The notes: generated from the sequence alone by a model not told the origin. Positions 9,532-19,773 are shown, counted from the first letter of the stretch. The stretch is 64,000 nucleotides of DNA from Sphingobacteriia bacterium 28-36-52 (GCA_002281575.1 NCGN01000014.1:47711-111710), one strand, 5' to 3'. Numbers and translations: made by a program.

Positions 9532-10608
9532 TTAATTAATTATTTGAAAGAGTCTAGCAATAGGATCTAATAAGTAACTCTTGTACTTGGTATCACTAAA
9601 TTTCAAATTACCCAAGCTTACTATGGAGCTAATGTATTCTTTTAAAGACACTTGTTTAGCAGGTTGCATTGGGGGTATTGTAATTTCTTGACCCATTGAT
9701 AACTTAATTAAAATCAATGGAAAATTAACCCCTGCTTTAACAAAAGATGGAAGTACTGAGGCCCAAAAACGTCCATTTATTTCCAATATATAAACTTTGT
9801 TAGTTTCTGCATTTCTTCTCATATCTACACATGCAACACTATTCCACTTTAATTCTTTCATCATCCTACGAATCAACTCTATTACTTCATTATCATCATG
9901 ATATTCAAGTGTATCGTTACTATAAAAGTTTGCACCGGTTTTTATTGGAGATTCTTGAATAGTATAACAAACAAGCTCTCCTTCTTTACAAATAACATTA
10001 CAAGTAACATCTGAACCAATAATAAAAGGTTGAAGTAGAAAATTAGAAAGGTTATCACGATATTCCTCAATCAAACCGTTTAACGACTGCTGATCCAGTA
10101 CTTTCTGAATCATTCTTCCACTAGCCATTCTTACTGGCTTCAATAAAAGTGGGAATCCAACAGTATTAATTAATTGCTCTTGTTGTTCACTATTATCTAA
10201 AGTGGCAAATGGCGGACATGGAATCCCTTTAGCGGTTAAAAATTTAGCTAAATTAAGTTTATGAATTCCAATATCAAAACTAATAGGATCCGTTCCTAAA
10301 ACGCAAGGAGCATACTTGGATAATTCTTCCTTATGCAAGGTTACCTCTCTAATTTCTAGCTCATCATAAGGCATTATAAAATTAATTTCACATTGCTTTA
10401 TAATTGGAATAATTTTTTCTTTTAAAGAATCATTTTCCGCATTATAATAAAAGGTCTTCTTTACAAAACGTGAGTATTTAGCAGCATTTTTAGTGTTATG
10501 AGTTAGCAGAAAGAAATCAAATCCTTCATTACGAAGGCAGGCAAGTACCCCTAATGCAATATTAGAATCATACCCAATTATTAATATATTTTTTAGCAAT
10601 GGTTTCAT
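9532..10608 (-). CDS. ATP-grasp domain protein
   Basis: 358 aa with an N-terminal Rossmann-like ILIIGYDSN. The central GFPLLLKPV and C-terminal VYILEINGRF are typical of the ATP-grasp fold. Confidence 0.65.
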   Translation of the reverse strand: MKPLLKNILIIGYDSNIALGVLACLRNEGFDFFLLTHNTKNAAKYSRFVKKTFYYNAENDSLKEKIIPIIKQCEINFIMPYDELEIREVTLHKEELSKYAPCVLGTDPISFDIGIHKLNLAKFLTAKGIPCPPFATLDNSEQQEQLINTVGFPLLLKPVRMASGRMIQKVLDQQSLNGLIEEYRDNLSNFLLQPFIIGSDVTCNVICKEGELVCYTIQESPIKTGANFYSNDTLEYHDDNEVIELIRRMMKELKWNSVACVDMRRNAETNKVYILEINGRFWASVLPSFVKAGVNFPLILIKLSMGQEITIPPMQPAKQVSLKEYISSIVSLGNLKFSDTKYKSYLLDPIARLFQIIN

Positions 10609-10729
10609 TAATCAAAATTAAAATAAAGATAAAATTTAATAACTCCTATAAATAGGGATTATAATTTAATTTGATGCCTTATAACATAATCTGCGTTTTT
10701 TATAAATTAATAAGCATATTTAGAATTGT

Positions 10730-11476
10730 ATGTACGATGCATATAACTTATATAAAAATTTTCTTATGCCTCCATTCGAAATAGATAAATTCTTGACTAG
10801 ACTTCTAAATAAAATGGCTTATTTATATCCAAAGCTTGATCATTTTATTTATTTGGTGGCAGAAAATAATTTACTAAAGGGAGGAATTGTATTAACACTG
10901 TTCTATTTTATATGGTTTGATAATACAAGTTTTACAATGAGAAAAAATAGAAAGCGATTGATTATTACAATGATGGCAGCATTTGTAGCAGAAATAACCA
11001 CCATACTTCTTTCTTTAACCTTACCCTTCAGAGCAAGACCTTATACCAAACTAGATATGAACTTTAATATACCAGTTGAAATAGACCATTGGTGGAATAA
11101 AGATATTAGTTCATTTCCTAGTGATCATGCAACGCTCTTTATTGTTTTAGGGTATGGCATTTATAAGTGTAATCGAAAACTTGGTTGGATAATTTTATCG
11201 TATATTATTCTTTTTATTTTATTACCAAGAATTTATTTAGGCTTGCATTTTACCTCTGATATTTTAGGTGGCATTTTAGTTGGAGTTATTGTTATGTATT
11301 TTACTTTCAAATTGAAATTGATTCAAAAAATTGCTGAAATGGTACTAGACTTCTCAGAAAAGAAGCCATACTTTTTTTATCCAATAATGTTTTTAATTGC
11401 TTACCAACTAGTTGATCTTTTCACAGAAACAAGAGAAATTATTGGATATTTAAGACATCCTTTAGGAAAAGACTAA
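10730..11476 (+). CDS. PAP2-family membrane phosphatase
   Basis: Polytopic membrane protein with PAP2 motifs: R..P, SFPSDHA and GLHFTSDILGG. Confidence 0.75.
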   Translation: MYDAYNLYKNFLMPPFEIDKFLTRLLNKMAYLYPKLDHFIYLVAENNLLKGGIVLTLFYFIWFDNTSFTMRKNRKRLIITMMAAFVAEITTILLSLTLPFRARPYTKLDMNFNIPVEIDHWWNKDISSFPSDHATLFIVLGYGIYKCNRKLGWIILSYIILFILLPRIYLGLHFTSDILGGILVGVIVMYFTFKLKLIQKIAEMVLDFSEKKPYFFYPIMFLIAYQLVDLFTETREIIGYLRHPLGKD

Positions 11477-11481
11477 TAAAA

Positions 11482-11520
11482 AAGCAGCTATCAACTTTCG
11501 TTCATAACTGCTTGATTTTT
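11482..11520. terminator. hairpin plus T-run between the PAP2 gene and tRNA-Met; usable on both strands
   Basis: AAGCAGCTAT...ATAACTGCTT stem followed by GATTTTT on the + strand. An A-run precedes it, giving a T-run on the - strand. Confidence 0.5.
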
Positions 11521-11523
11521 AAG

Positions 11524-11597
11524 TGGGCCCACCAGGGCATGATCCTGGGACCCCCTGATTATGAGTCAGGTGCTCTAACCAACTGAGCTATAGGCCC
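11524..11597 (-). tRNA. tRNA-Met(CAT) elongator type, or tRNA-Ile2 if lysidine-modified
   Basis: Reverse complement: GGGCCTA TA GCTC AGTTGGTTA GAGC A CCTGA CTCATAA TCAGG GGGTC CCAGG ATCATGC CCTGG TGGGCCC A. The cloverleaf is complete with anticodon CAT and no encoded CCA. The T-loop is non-canonical (see findings). Confidence 0.8.
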
Positions 11598-11696
11598 GAA
11601 GAACATTACTGTTCTTTAAGGGGAGCAAAAATAATGATTTGAGGTTAATTTTAGGTAGGATTATTTTTCTTTTTAAATATTCAGCCAAATACGCTT

Positions 11697-12284
11697 TTAT
11701 AAGCGCCCGAAAACCCATTCTCCTTCCATAGATTTAAAAATTAGCCAGCTCCCATCAATTGCCATTATAGCCACATCTTCCTCTGCTGGTAAAATTGCTT
11801 CAAGATTTAGTATAAGTAAATCGTACAAATTTATTTTAATAACGGGGCTCATTCTAATATAGAATAAGAAAACAGCCTGATTATTCAGCACTAACCAAGC
11901 AGTGATTTCTTTAAGAACTCCTATATAATCATTGGATTTAGAACAAAATTTTTCCAAATCAGGCAAATATCGCAATGGCAGCACACTCGGATACTTCAAA
12001 TAAAGCATATCATGAACCCAATATTTATCTCCGATTTGTATTACAGATCTAGAAAAAGAAAAGCTTGACCAAGGATCTTGATTCAGCTTTTCTATCCAAA
12101 AATCATATTGAGAGTCTGCTATTACATCTAGGTATTCTAGTTCCCAAACACAATTGCCATCCTTAAGTGATTGTGCAATTGCTAGCCACCACGTAACTAA
12201 GAATGAACTCTGCTTATCAACAGCTATTTTATTGAAAAGTCGTTCCTTTTTCAATAAACTGCTATGCTTATCGTTGTCATTCAT
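11697..12284 (-). CDS. hypothetical cytoplasmic protein, last gene of the RND operon
   Basis: 195-aa ORF on the same strand, 37 nt after the DUF2892 gene. It is Trp-rich with no recognisable motif. Confidence 0.55.
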   Translation of the reverse strand: MNDNDKHSSLLKKERLFNKIAVDKQSSFLVTWWLAIAQSLKDGNCVWELEYLDVIADSQYDFWIEKLNQDPWSSFSFSRSVIQIGDKYWVHDMLYLKYPSVLPLRYLPDLEKFCSKSNDYIGVLKEITAWLVLNNQAVFLFYIRMSPVIKINLYDLLILNLEAILPAEEDVAIMAIDGSWLIFKSMEGEWVFGRL

Positions 12285-12321
12285 TCAAGTGAAATTTACC
12301 TGAATGTAAACAATTAATTCT

Positions 12322-12540
12322 TTAAGAAGCAGTAGTACAACAACCTGCTTTGGGTTCTTTTCCAACACCTGCTCTATCTAACATACACTCAAGTGGACAA
12401 AACTTAGTAAATGAAGACTGTAATAAATTCAGCCCTACAAAAGCTGCCAGCAATAACCAATTGATATGTACAAAATAAGCGAGTGATATACTGGTTAAAA
12501 CAAAAGTACCCGCTACTGCCCTCACTATTCTTTCTTTCAT
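12322..12540 (-). CDS. DUF2892 (YgaP-like) small membrane protein with a Cys-rich tail
   Basis: ERIVRAVAGTFVL...NLLQSSFTKFCPLECML matches the DUF2892 pattern. The C-terminus carries AGCC. Confidence 0.7.
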   Translation of the reverse strand: MKERIVRAVAGTFVLTSISLAYFVHINWLLLAAFVGLNLLQSSFTKFCPLECMLDRAGVGKEPKAGCCTTAS

Positions 12541-12546
12541 ATTATT

Positions 12547-12861
12547 TTATTTAGTTGATTTTTCTACTGGTACAACAAATGCCCTAATGGGAAACTGGTT
12601 GTCTTCAGACTGAGCATTATATAGTTCTATCAAATTAATTGCTTTATCAGCTGCTGAAGCAGTGCAGAAACTAAAGATAAAAACAGAATCATATTTATTG
12701 CCGTCATCAGAACCAAACCAATCATCTAATAAATAATCGTCTGGACTATTCTTCACTCCAATGGTATCGGTAACACTAAACACAGAGACCGAAGCGTCTT
12801 TTAAAATTTTTTCTACAGACTTACTGTATTCTTTTACTGCTGTTATAATAAGTAATTTCAT
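12547..12861 (-). CDS. small PII-like (beta-alpha-beta-beta-alpha-beta) protein with an acidic loop
   Basis: 104 aa. The residue pattern KLLIITAV / EYSKSVEKILKDA / VSVFSVTDTIGV / acidic loop DDYLLDDWFGSDDGNKYD / SVFIFSFC / ASAADKAINLIELY / IRAFVVPVE fits a ferredoxin-like PII fold. It lies 5 nt after the RND stop. The fold assignment is an inference. Confidence 0.5.
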   Translation of the reverse strand: MKLLIITAVKEYSKSVEKILKDASVSVFSVTDTIGVKNSPDDYLLDDWFGSDDGNKYDSVFIFSFCTASAADKAINLIELYNAQSEDNQFPIRAFVVPVEKSTK

Positions 12862-12866
12862 ATATT

Positions 12867-15800
12867 TTATTTTACTTTATTGCGCATCATTTTATAATAT
12901 AGCAATGGCACAACTAATAAGGTTAAAAAAGTAGAAGTGATCGTTCCTCCCATTAAAGAAATGGCTAAGCCTTGAAAAATTGGGTCAAACAGAATGATAA
13001 CAGCCCCTAGAACTACTGCGCCTGCAGTTAATAAAATGGGCGTTGTTCTTACAGCACCAGCTTCAATAATTGCTTGCTTTAATGGAATTCCTTCGCCTAA
13101 TCGGATATTAATAAAGTCGATCAGTAGTATAGAATTTCTGACCATTACTCCAGCTAGTGCAATAAAACCAATCATTGAAGTAGCAGTAAAATAGGCATCC
13201 ATTAACCAGTGTCCTAAAATGATTCCAACCAAGCTTAATGGTATTGCAGCTAACATCACCAATGGAACAGTAAAGTTTTGGAACCATCCTACAATCAACA
13301 TATAAATAATCAATATAACCGCTGCAAATGCAATTCCAAGATCACGAAAAACCTCGTAGGTGATTTGCCATTCTCCATCCCACTTTAATGAATAGTTTTC
13401 CTGTGTTTCGGGCTGTTGAGTATATTCTTCTTTTAGGGTATACCCTGCTGGAATTTTTAATTGAGGAATACTGTCAGACATTCTTGAAATAGCATAGAAG
13501 GGGCTTTCCAAATCTCCTGCCATATCGGCCATTACATACACTACCTCTTTTTGATTCTTTCTATAAATACTTTTTTCTTTAAGTTGTCTATTAACCATTA
13601 CAATATCTCTTAATGAAACAACATTTCCTTGCATACCAGTAACTGTTAATGCCAACACTTCATTTACACCAGATTTATCTTCCTCTTTAAGTTGTAATTT
13701 AATAGGAACCTGGTTGTAACTATTAGGAGAACTGATTACGCCTACTGGCATTCCTGAAATTCCTCCTGATACAATGGCGTTTACTTGAGCAGTAGCTACA
13801 CCATATCGCATAGCTTTTTCTTTATCAACAGTAAACTTATATTCGTATTGATCATCCTCTACCATCCAATCTGCATCTACTACATCAGTCGTATTCCTAA
13901 ATAATTTTTCAATTTGAGCTGCTATTTCAATTTGCTGCTGATAGTCTGGTCCATAAATTTCTGCTACCAAAGTTGAAAGTACAGGAGGTCCTGGTGGTAC
14001 TTCTACTAGTTTTACATTAGCATTATAACGCGCAGCAATTTTTTGTATAGGTGCGCGCATTTGTTTGGCAATATCATGGCTTTGAATTGATCTTTCTGTT
14101 TTATCTACTAGATTCACTTGTATATCTGCTACATGATCTCCTCTTCGTAAATCATAATGTCTTACCAATCCATTGAAACTTATTGGTCCTGCTGTGCCAA
14201 TATATCCCTGATAGTTTTTAACCATCGGCTGCTTTGCAATATATGCGGCAATTTCTCCTGCTACAGTATTGGTTTTTTCTAAAGTAGTTCCTTCGGGCAT
14301 ATCAATAACTACTTGAAATTCATTTTTATTATCAAATGGCAACATTTTAACTGCTACAGATTTGGTATAAAACAGTACCATACTTGCTAATAGAACCACA
14401 ACAGTTCCCGAAATAAACGCCCAACGTTTCCATCTAACTTCTAACATGGGATGTATAAAGGAATTATAAATTTTATAAATTCCAGAAGCTTCCAAGCTAG
14501 TATGTGAGTGATGGTCTTTTGTACCGTCTTTCTTTTCTTTTTCACGTAAAAAGATATAGCCTAAGTAGGGAGTTAAGGTAAGCGCTACTATTAATGATAA
14601 TAACATTGCTATAGAAGCTCCAATAGGCATAGGACTCATATAAGGACCCATTAATCCTGAAACAAATGCCATCGGAAGCACAGCTGCTACTACAGTGAAT
14701 GTGGCTAAGATAGTTGGATTACCAACCTCATTAATAGCATAAATAGCTGCTTGCAATGGAGGCAATTTTCGCATTTTAAAATGCCTATGCATGTTTTCTG
14801 CAATAATAATAGAGTCGTCTACTACAATTCCTGTTATAAATACTAATGCAAATAGGGTAATTCTGTTAAGTGTATAATCCATTGCATAATAACTAAATAA
14901 GGTTAATGCAAATGTTACTGGTACCGACAGAAAAACCACTAATCCACCTCTCCATCCCATTGCTAGCATTACAAATAAAGTAACTACCACTATTGAAATA
15001 AATAAGTGAAACAACAACTCCGATACTTTATGGGAAGCAGATTCCCCGTAGTTTCGGGTAGCTGTTACTTGAAGATCAGATGGAATTAAATCTTTCTTAA
15101 GATGTTCAATTTTGGATAATACATTATCTGAAAGCTTCATTGCATCTGCACCTCTTTTCTTCGCAATTGCTAATGTTACTGCCGGATATGCAGAATTGTA
15201 TTTTTTTATCCCGCTTGTATCTGCATTTCCGTATCCATAAAACACATATTGATTAGCAGTTATAGGAGATTCTGTTACTGTAGCGACTTGCTTTAAATAA
15301 ACAGGTGAGCCACCATTCATACCAATCACTAACGAAGCAACATCTTCCGCAGAACTAAGAAAATTTCCTGTTAATACCGAAAAAGCAGAATCGTTTTTAT
15401 AAAATGAACCACTTTCGCTTTGTGTATTGGCTCCACCTATAGCTTTTGAAATACTTAAAAAGTCTACTCTATTTGCAGCCATCAATGACTTGCTGAGTGC
15501 TACTTTAATTTCCTTTGATCTACCACCAATTATATTAATATCGGCAACGTCATTTGATTTTTTTAATTCATTTGATAGTTCTTGAGCTATTAATTTTAAA
15601 CGATAATCATCATACTGCTCTCCCCATAAGGTTAAACCCAATACAGGCACATCGTCTATGGCCCTTGTTTTAACCAAAGGCATACTAACGCCTTGGGGCA
15701 TTTTGTCCATATTCTTCATGATCTCACTGTACAACTTTACCAGTGATCTTTCCACGTCTTCGCCTACTAGAAATTGTACAATCAACATAGATTGGCCACT

Positions 15801-16070
15801 CATAGAAGTAGAATAAACATATTCAACCCCTTTAATATTAGAAATAACTTTTTCTAATGGTGCAGAAACTTTAGTTTCTACTTCTTTAGGACTAGCGCCT
15901 GGATATGCAATAAAAATATCCGCCATTGGCACTTGAATTTGAGGCTCTTCCTCTCGTGGCATCAGCATGGTGCTGTATCCACCAATTAGTAAAAACGCCA
16001 CCATTAATAAAATAGTGAGTTTAGATTGTAGAAAGGCTTTTGCTATATTACCTGATAATCCTTTTTCCAT
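12867..16070 (-). CDS. RND efflux transporter permease (AcrB/CzcA superfamily)
   Basis: 1067 aa with 12-TM / two-large-loop architecture and typical motifs (ALVFITGIVVDDSIIIAEN, GALAGVMVRNSILLIDF). Confidence 0.9.
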   Translation of the reverse strand: MEKGLSGNIAKAFLQSKLTILLMVAFLLIGGYSTMLMPREEEPQIQVPMADIFIAYPGASPKEVETKVSAPLEKVISNIKGVEYVYSTSMSGQSMLIVQFLVGEDVERSLVKLYSEIMKNMDKMPQGVSMPLVKTRAIDDVPVLGLTLWGEQYDDYRLKLIAQELSNELKKSNDVADINIIGGRSKEIKVALSKSLMAANRVDFLSISKAIGGANTQSESGSFYKNDSAFSVLTGNFLSSAEDVASLVIGMNGGSPVYLKQVATVTESPITANQYVFYGYGNADTSGIKKYNSAYPAVTLAIAKKRGADAMKLSDNVLSKIEHLKKDLIPSDLQVTATRNYGESASHKVSELLFHLFISIVVVTLFVMLAMGWRGGLVVFLSVPVTFALTLFSYYAMDYTLNRITLFALVFITGIVVDDSIIIAENMHRHFKMRKLPPLQAAIYAINEVGNPTILATFTVVAAVLPMAFVSGLMGPYMSPMPIGASIAMLLSLIVALTLTPYLGYIFLREKEKKDGTKDHHSHTSLEASGIYKIYNSFIHPMLEVRWKRWAFISGTVVVLLASMVLFYTKSVAVKMLPFDNKNEFQVVIDMPEGTTLEKTNTVAGEIAAYIAKQPMVKNYQGYIGTAGPISFNGLVRHYDLRRGDHVADIQVNLVDKTERSIQSHDIAKQMRAPIQKIAARYNANVKLVEVPPGPPVLSTLVAEIYGPDYQQQIEIAAQIEKLFRNTTDVVDADWMVEDDQYEYKFTVDKEKAMRYGVATAQVNAIVSGGISGMPVGVISSPNSYNQVPIKLQLKEEDKSGVNEVLALTVTGMQGNVVSLRDIVMVNRQLKEKSIYRKNQKEVVYVMADMAGDLESPFYAISRMSDSIPQLKIPAGYTLKEEYTQQPETQENYSLKWDGEWQITYEVFRDLGIAFAAVILIIYMLIVGWFQNFTVPLVMLAAIPLSLVGIILGHWLMDAYFTATSMIGFIALAGVMVRNSILLIDFINIRLGEGIPLKQAIIEAGAVRTTPILLTAGAVVLGAVIILFDPIFQGLAISLMGGTITSTFLTLLVVPLLYYKMMRNKVK

Positions 16071-16095
16071 TGTTTAATTTTTTAGTAGCCTTTAT

Positions 16096-17199
16096 TTATT
16101 TTACTAATTTGATTGGAGCACCATTGTATAATTTGCCACCAGCACTTACAATAAATTGTTCACCTGCCGAAAGCCCTGAAAGAACTTCTACTTGACCTGC
16201 TTGTTTTTTACCCAGTCTTACCCATCGCAGTAAAGCGGTATTTTCTGCTGTAGCAGTATATAATCCGGTAAGTTGGTCTTTGTAAACAATGCTGTTTTCT
16301 GGAACCGTAACTGCATTGTTTTCAGCAGAAGAAATGGTTGATTCCTTTATAGGAATAGCAATATTTACATACATTCCTGAAAACAGTTTTTTCATTTCTG
16401 TAGTAGGTAAACTTATCTTAACTACATATTGGCCACCAGTAAACTGTGAAGAGCTATTAATTTGAATAATTTTCCCATTCAGCTTTTTATCAGCAGCATT
16501 AATATTCATTTCTACTTCGTTTCCTACAGCAATGGAAGCAATCATATTTTCAGGAACTAATGCACTTACCTGAAGATTTCCAGTTTGTTCTAGTGTTAAA
16601 ATAGGCATACCTGGACTAGCTATACTTCCTGTTTCTGCCAATTTTTGAGAAACGATACCGGTAAACGGAGCTGTTATAGTTGTATAAGATAAATTTGCAT
16701 TCACTTCATTTTTCATTTGCTTCATTACCTCTAAGTTGGCTTGAGCAGATTTATATTGAAGCGTAATTTGTTCCAATTCTTTAGCAGTAGCACTTTGCTG
16801 TTTGTATAATGCAGTATAACGTTCAAAGTCTTTTTTTGCTGATTGCATTGCAGCATCTGCCTGTGCAATCATAGCGCCAGTTTGTGCGCTTTTTGCTTTT
16901 ATATCGGTTGCATTAATCGTAAATAATACTTGTCCAACTTTAACTTGGTCGCCTGCTTTTACACGCATACTTGTAATGGTTCCAATTACTCTTGTTGAAA
17001 TATTAGCAGACTGTATGCCCTCAATTTGTCCAGTTACTTCTATTTTTCCATTAGCAGATTTAATTCCCGCACTTGCTAATTTTACCTCGATAGGTTTATC
17101 TTGAATAGCTGTTGCCTTGGGTTCATCTTGACTACAAGAACTAATTGTAATGATTGCAATTAGTGCAATAAGCGTTAGTGATTTTTGGTTGAAATTCAT
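16096..17199 (-). CDS. RND periplasmic adaptor (membrane fusion protein), lipoprotein
   Basis: Lipobox ISSC. Biotinyl/lipoyl-like hairpin and coiled-coil segments are typical of the HlyD_D23/MFP family. Confidence 0.85.
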   Translation of the reverse strand: MNFNQKSLTLIALIAIITISSCSQDEPKATAIQDKPIEVKLASAGIKSANGKIEVTGQIEGIQSANISTRVIGTITSMRVKAGDQVKVGQVLFTINATDIKAKSAQTGAMIAQADAAMQSAKKDFERYTALYKQQSATAKELEQITLQYKSAQANLEVMKQMKNEVNANLSYTTITAPFTGIVSQKLAETGSIASPGMPILTLEQTGNLQVSALVPENMIASIAVGNEVEMNINAADKKLNGKIIQINSSSQFTGGQYVVKISLPTTEMKKLFSGMYVNIAIPIKESTISSAENNAVTVPENSIVYKDQLTGLYTATAENTALLRWVRLGKKQAGQVEVLSGLSAGEQFIVSAGGKLYNGAPIKLVK

Positions 17200-17217
17200 T
17201 TTAATATTATTTAAAAA

Positions 17218-18525
17218 TTATTGTACTGTAGTTAAAAAATCATAAAAATTAATAGCAGAATATTCTGCTAACTTGGCTTCTGCTTGTAATAGTTTTTGTT
17301 GCGATAATTGTGTTTGTGCCAATAAAATATCATTCGTACTAACTAAGCCCTGTTGATACCTATTTTGAAGAATGCGCAAAGCTTCTTCGGCTTGTTCAAT
17401 AGACTTTTGCAATTGACCATATTTATATTGAGCATCTTTTAAATCACGCAAAGCACTTTGTAATGCTACTTGCTCTTGGCCAACTCTTGTATTATACTGT
17501 TCTTGAAGTTTACTCTTTTCAATGATTTGTGTAGCAACTTTATTTTTAGTTTGATTGCCTTTTAAAATATCCCAAGACAACTGCACGCCTGCAAAATAAG
17601 AGCCCGCATTAAAACCTAAGGCTTTTTTATCGTTCAATTGGTAGTTGGCAAAAGCATTTAGTCTGGGTAACCAACTCATTTTAGTTCCTTTTATAGCAAT
17701 ATCATAAATACCAAGTCCTGTTTCCATTGCTTTAAAATCAGCTCTTGAAGTTGGAATCGTTTTAACTAATGAAGCGGGTAAATTCATTACTACATCACTT
17801 GTTTTATAAACAATTCCTTTAGGCTGATTCATCAATAAACTAAGTTGATCAGAAGCAGCAGCAATTTTAGATTGAACATCATTCAACTGAGTTTCAGCAC
17901 TTTTAACTTGCACTTCTACATTCAATAAATCAGACTTTTGCATCAATCCTTGGTCAAATCTATTTTTCGTAAAACTGTAAATAGATTGAATTGTATTAAG
18001 TGCAGATTTTGTTACAGCTTCTGCTGCATACAAAAATTGAAGATTCAAATAGACTTGAGTAACCTGCAATTTTACAGCTTCTGCTGTTCTTTTTGTTTGA
18101 AGTGATACGGCTTCAGTTTGTTTTTCTGCTGCCTTACGCATATACAACATATCCATATTTACAATAGGTTGTTGAAGACTTAACTGCGTTAAATAGTTGG
18201 GGGTTGCACCAGGATTATTTAATAATGCAGGATTAAAATCGGCTGCTGTTACATTGGCTTGTTGTAATTTAAATCCAAATGCATTCAATGGATTATTGGT
18301 GTTCATAGCAGTATAAGAAAGGTTCAATTGGGGCAACCAAATGGCTTCTGTTTGCTTAAGATTTGCGCTAGCTATCTGCTCATCTATTTTTGCTAGTTTA
18401 ATTTGCTGATTGGCTTTTTGAGCTAATTCTAGGGCTTCATTTAGTTGTATTGAAGTAGGAGATACTTGTGCCTGAGTTGAAAAAAATGATGCACTAAATA
18501 ATAAAATAACCGCTAATACCTTCAT
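17218..18525 (-). CDS. TolC-family outer membrane efflux protein
   Basis: 435 aa with a signal peptide and two repeats of the coiled-coil/beta pattern (..L.EA..LA...N..I...). Confidence 0.85.
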   Translation of the reverse strand: MKVLAVILLFSASFFSTQAQVSPTSIQLNEALELAQKANQQIKLAKIDEQIASANLKQTEAIWLPQLNLSYTAMNTNNPLNAFGFKLQQANVTAADFNPALLNNPGATPNYLTQLSLQQPIVNMDMLYMRKAAEKQTEAVSLQTKRTAEAVKLQVTQVYLNLQFLYAAEAVTKSALNTIQSIYSFTKNRFDQGLMQKSDLLNVEVQVKSAETQLNDVQSKIAAASDQLSLLMNQPKGIVYKTSDVVMNLPASLVKTIPTSRADFKAMETGLGIYDIAIKGTKMSWLPRLNAFANYQLNDKKALGFNAGSYFAGVQLSWDILKGNQTKNKVATQIIEKSKLQEQYNTRVGQEQVALQSALRDLKDAQYKYGQLQKSIEQAEEALRILQNRYQQGLVSTNDILLAQTQLSQQKLLQAEAKLAEYSAINFYDFLTTVQ

Positions 18526-18645
18526 ATTTCTTATTTAAGAATACAAAAGTAGAACGGCAAAATTCGGCCATGCGTAACATATGTAACATTGATGTCATCT
18601 TGTATTAACAATAAAGCATTTATATTTATACTAAGAAGTTAGATT

Positions 18646-19773
18646 ATGAAACATAGAATAGGCTATACTTTAATTGTGTTGATTTGTGCTAGTTTTTCAT
18701 TTGCACAAAATGGTCCAACCAATTATAAATTACTAATAGGTACTTATACCAATGCAGGCAATAGCGAAGGAATGTATTATTATCAATTTAATAGAGATGG
18801 TTCAACAAGTTTTATTAACAAACAAAAAGCAACCGATCCGTCCTTCTTAGTTACTTCAACCAATCAACGGTTTGTTTATGCAGTTAGTGAAGGGGGTAAT
18901 GGAAGGGGTGGTGTAAATGCCTATGGGTTCAATAAAAAAACCGGTGACTTCACCCTATTAAATAGTGTTTTATCTGGTGGTGATCATCCTTGTCATATTA
19001 GTACCGATCGAAATAACCGTTTTGTATTCGTTTCTAATTATTCAGGGGGAAATTTAAGCGCCATCGCTATTAATGCGGATGGTAGTTTAAGTAGTGAAAA
19101 ACAAACCATACAACATACTGGGAGTAGTGTTAACAAAGCAAGACAAGAGAAAGCCCATGTTCATTCTGCTTTTTTGTCTCCTGATGAAAAGTATTTAGTG
19201 GTACAAGATTTAGGTACAGATAAAATATCGGTTTATGCAGTTGATTTAAATAATCCAACCAAGCCATTATCAGAAAACCCTGTATCAGTGTTTAATTGTA
19301 ATCCAGGAGATGGCCCTAGACATATCAGTTTTCACAGCTCCAAACCCTTTATATATGCTGTTCAAGAATTAACCGGTTCAGTTACGGTTTTGTCTTTTAA
19401 AAATGGAATGCTCAATAAAATACAGCAAATAAATATGTTTGAAAAACCAAGTGAAAAAAAATCAGGTGCTGCTGATATTCATTTATCGCCAGACGGAAAA
19501 TTCTTATACGCTTCCAATAGAGCAGATTACAACGATTTGGCTATTTATAAAGTGGGGGCAAATGGTTTACTTACTTGGGTTCAATCACAATCTACACTTG
19601 GATTAGCACCCCGTAATTTTGCCATTGATCCAAAAGGAAATTTCTTATTAGCGGCCAATCAAAACAGCAATGAAATTGTTGTATTTAAAAGAAATAAAAA
19701 GACTGGATTACTGAATGATACGGGCAACAGAATATCTGTAGGTAGACCTGTTTGCATTCAATTTATTCAATAA
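18646..19773 (+). CDS. 7-bladed beta-propeller lactonase (6-phosphogluconolactonase YbhE type)
   Basis: Signal peptide plus repeated blades. The GDGPRHISF and LAPRNFAIDP motifs are typical of the Lactonase family. Confidence 0.8.
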   Translation: MKHRIGYTLIVLICASFSFAQNGPTNYKLLIGTYTNAGNSEGMYYYQFNRDGSTSFINKQKATDPSFLVTSTNQRFVYAVSEGGNGRGGVNAYGFNKKTGDFTLLNSVLSGGDHPCHISTDRNNRFVFVSNYSGGNLSAIAINADGSLSSEKQTIQHTGSSVNKARQEKAHVHSAFLSPDEKYLVVQDLGTDKISVYAVDLNNPTKPLSENPVSVFNCNPGDGPRHISFHSSKPFIYAVQELTGSVTVLSFKNGMLNKIQQINMFEKPSEKKSGAADIHLSPDGKFLYASNRADYNDLAIYKVGANGLLTWVQSQSTLGLAPRNFAIDPKGNFLLAANQNSNEIVVFKRNKKTGLLNDTGNRISVGRPVCIQFIQ

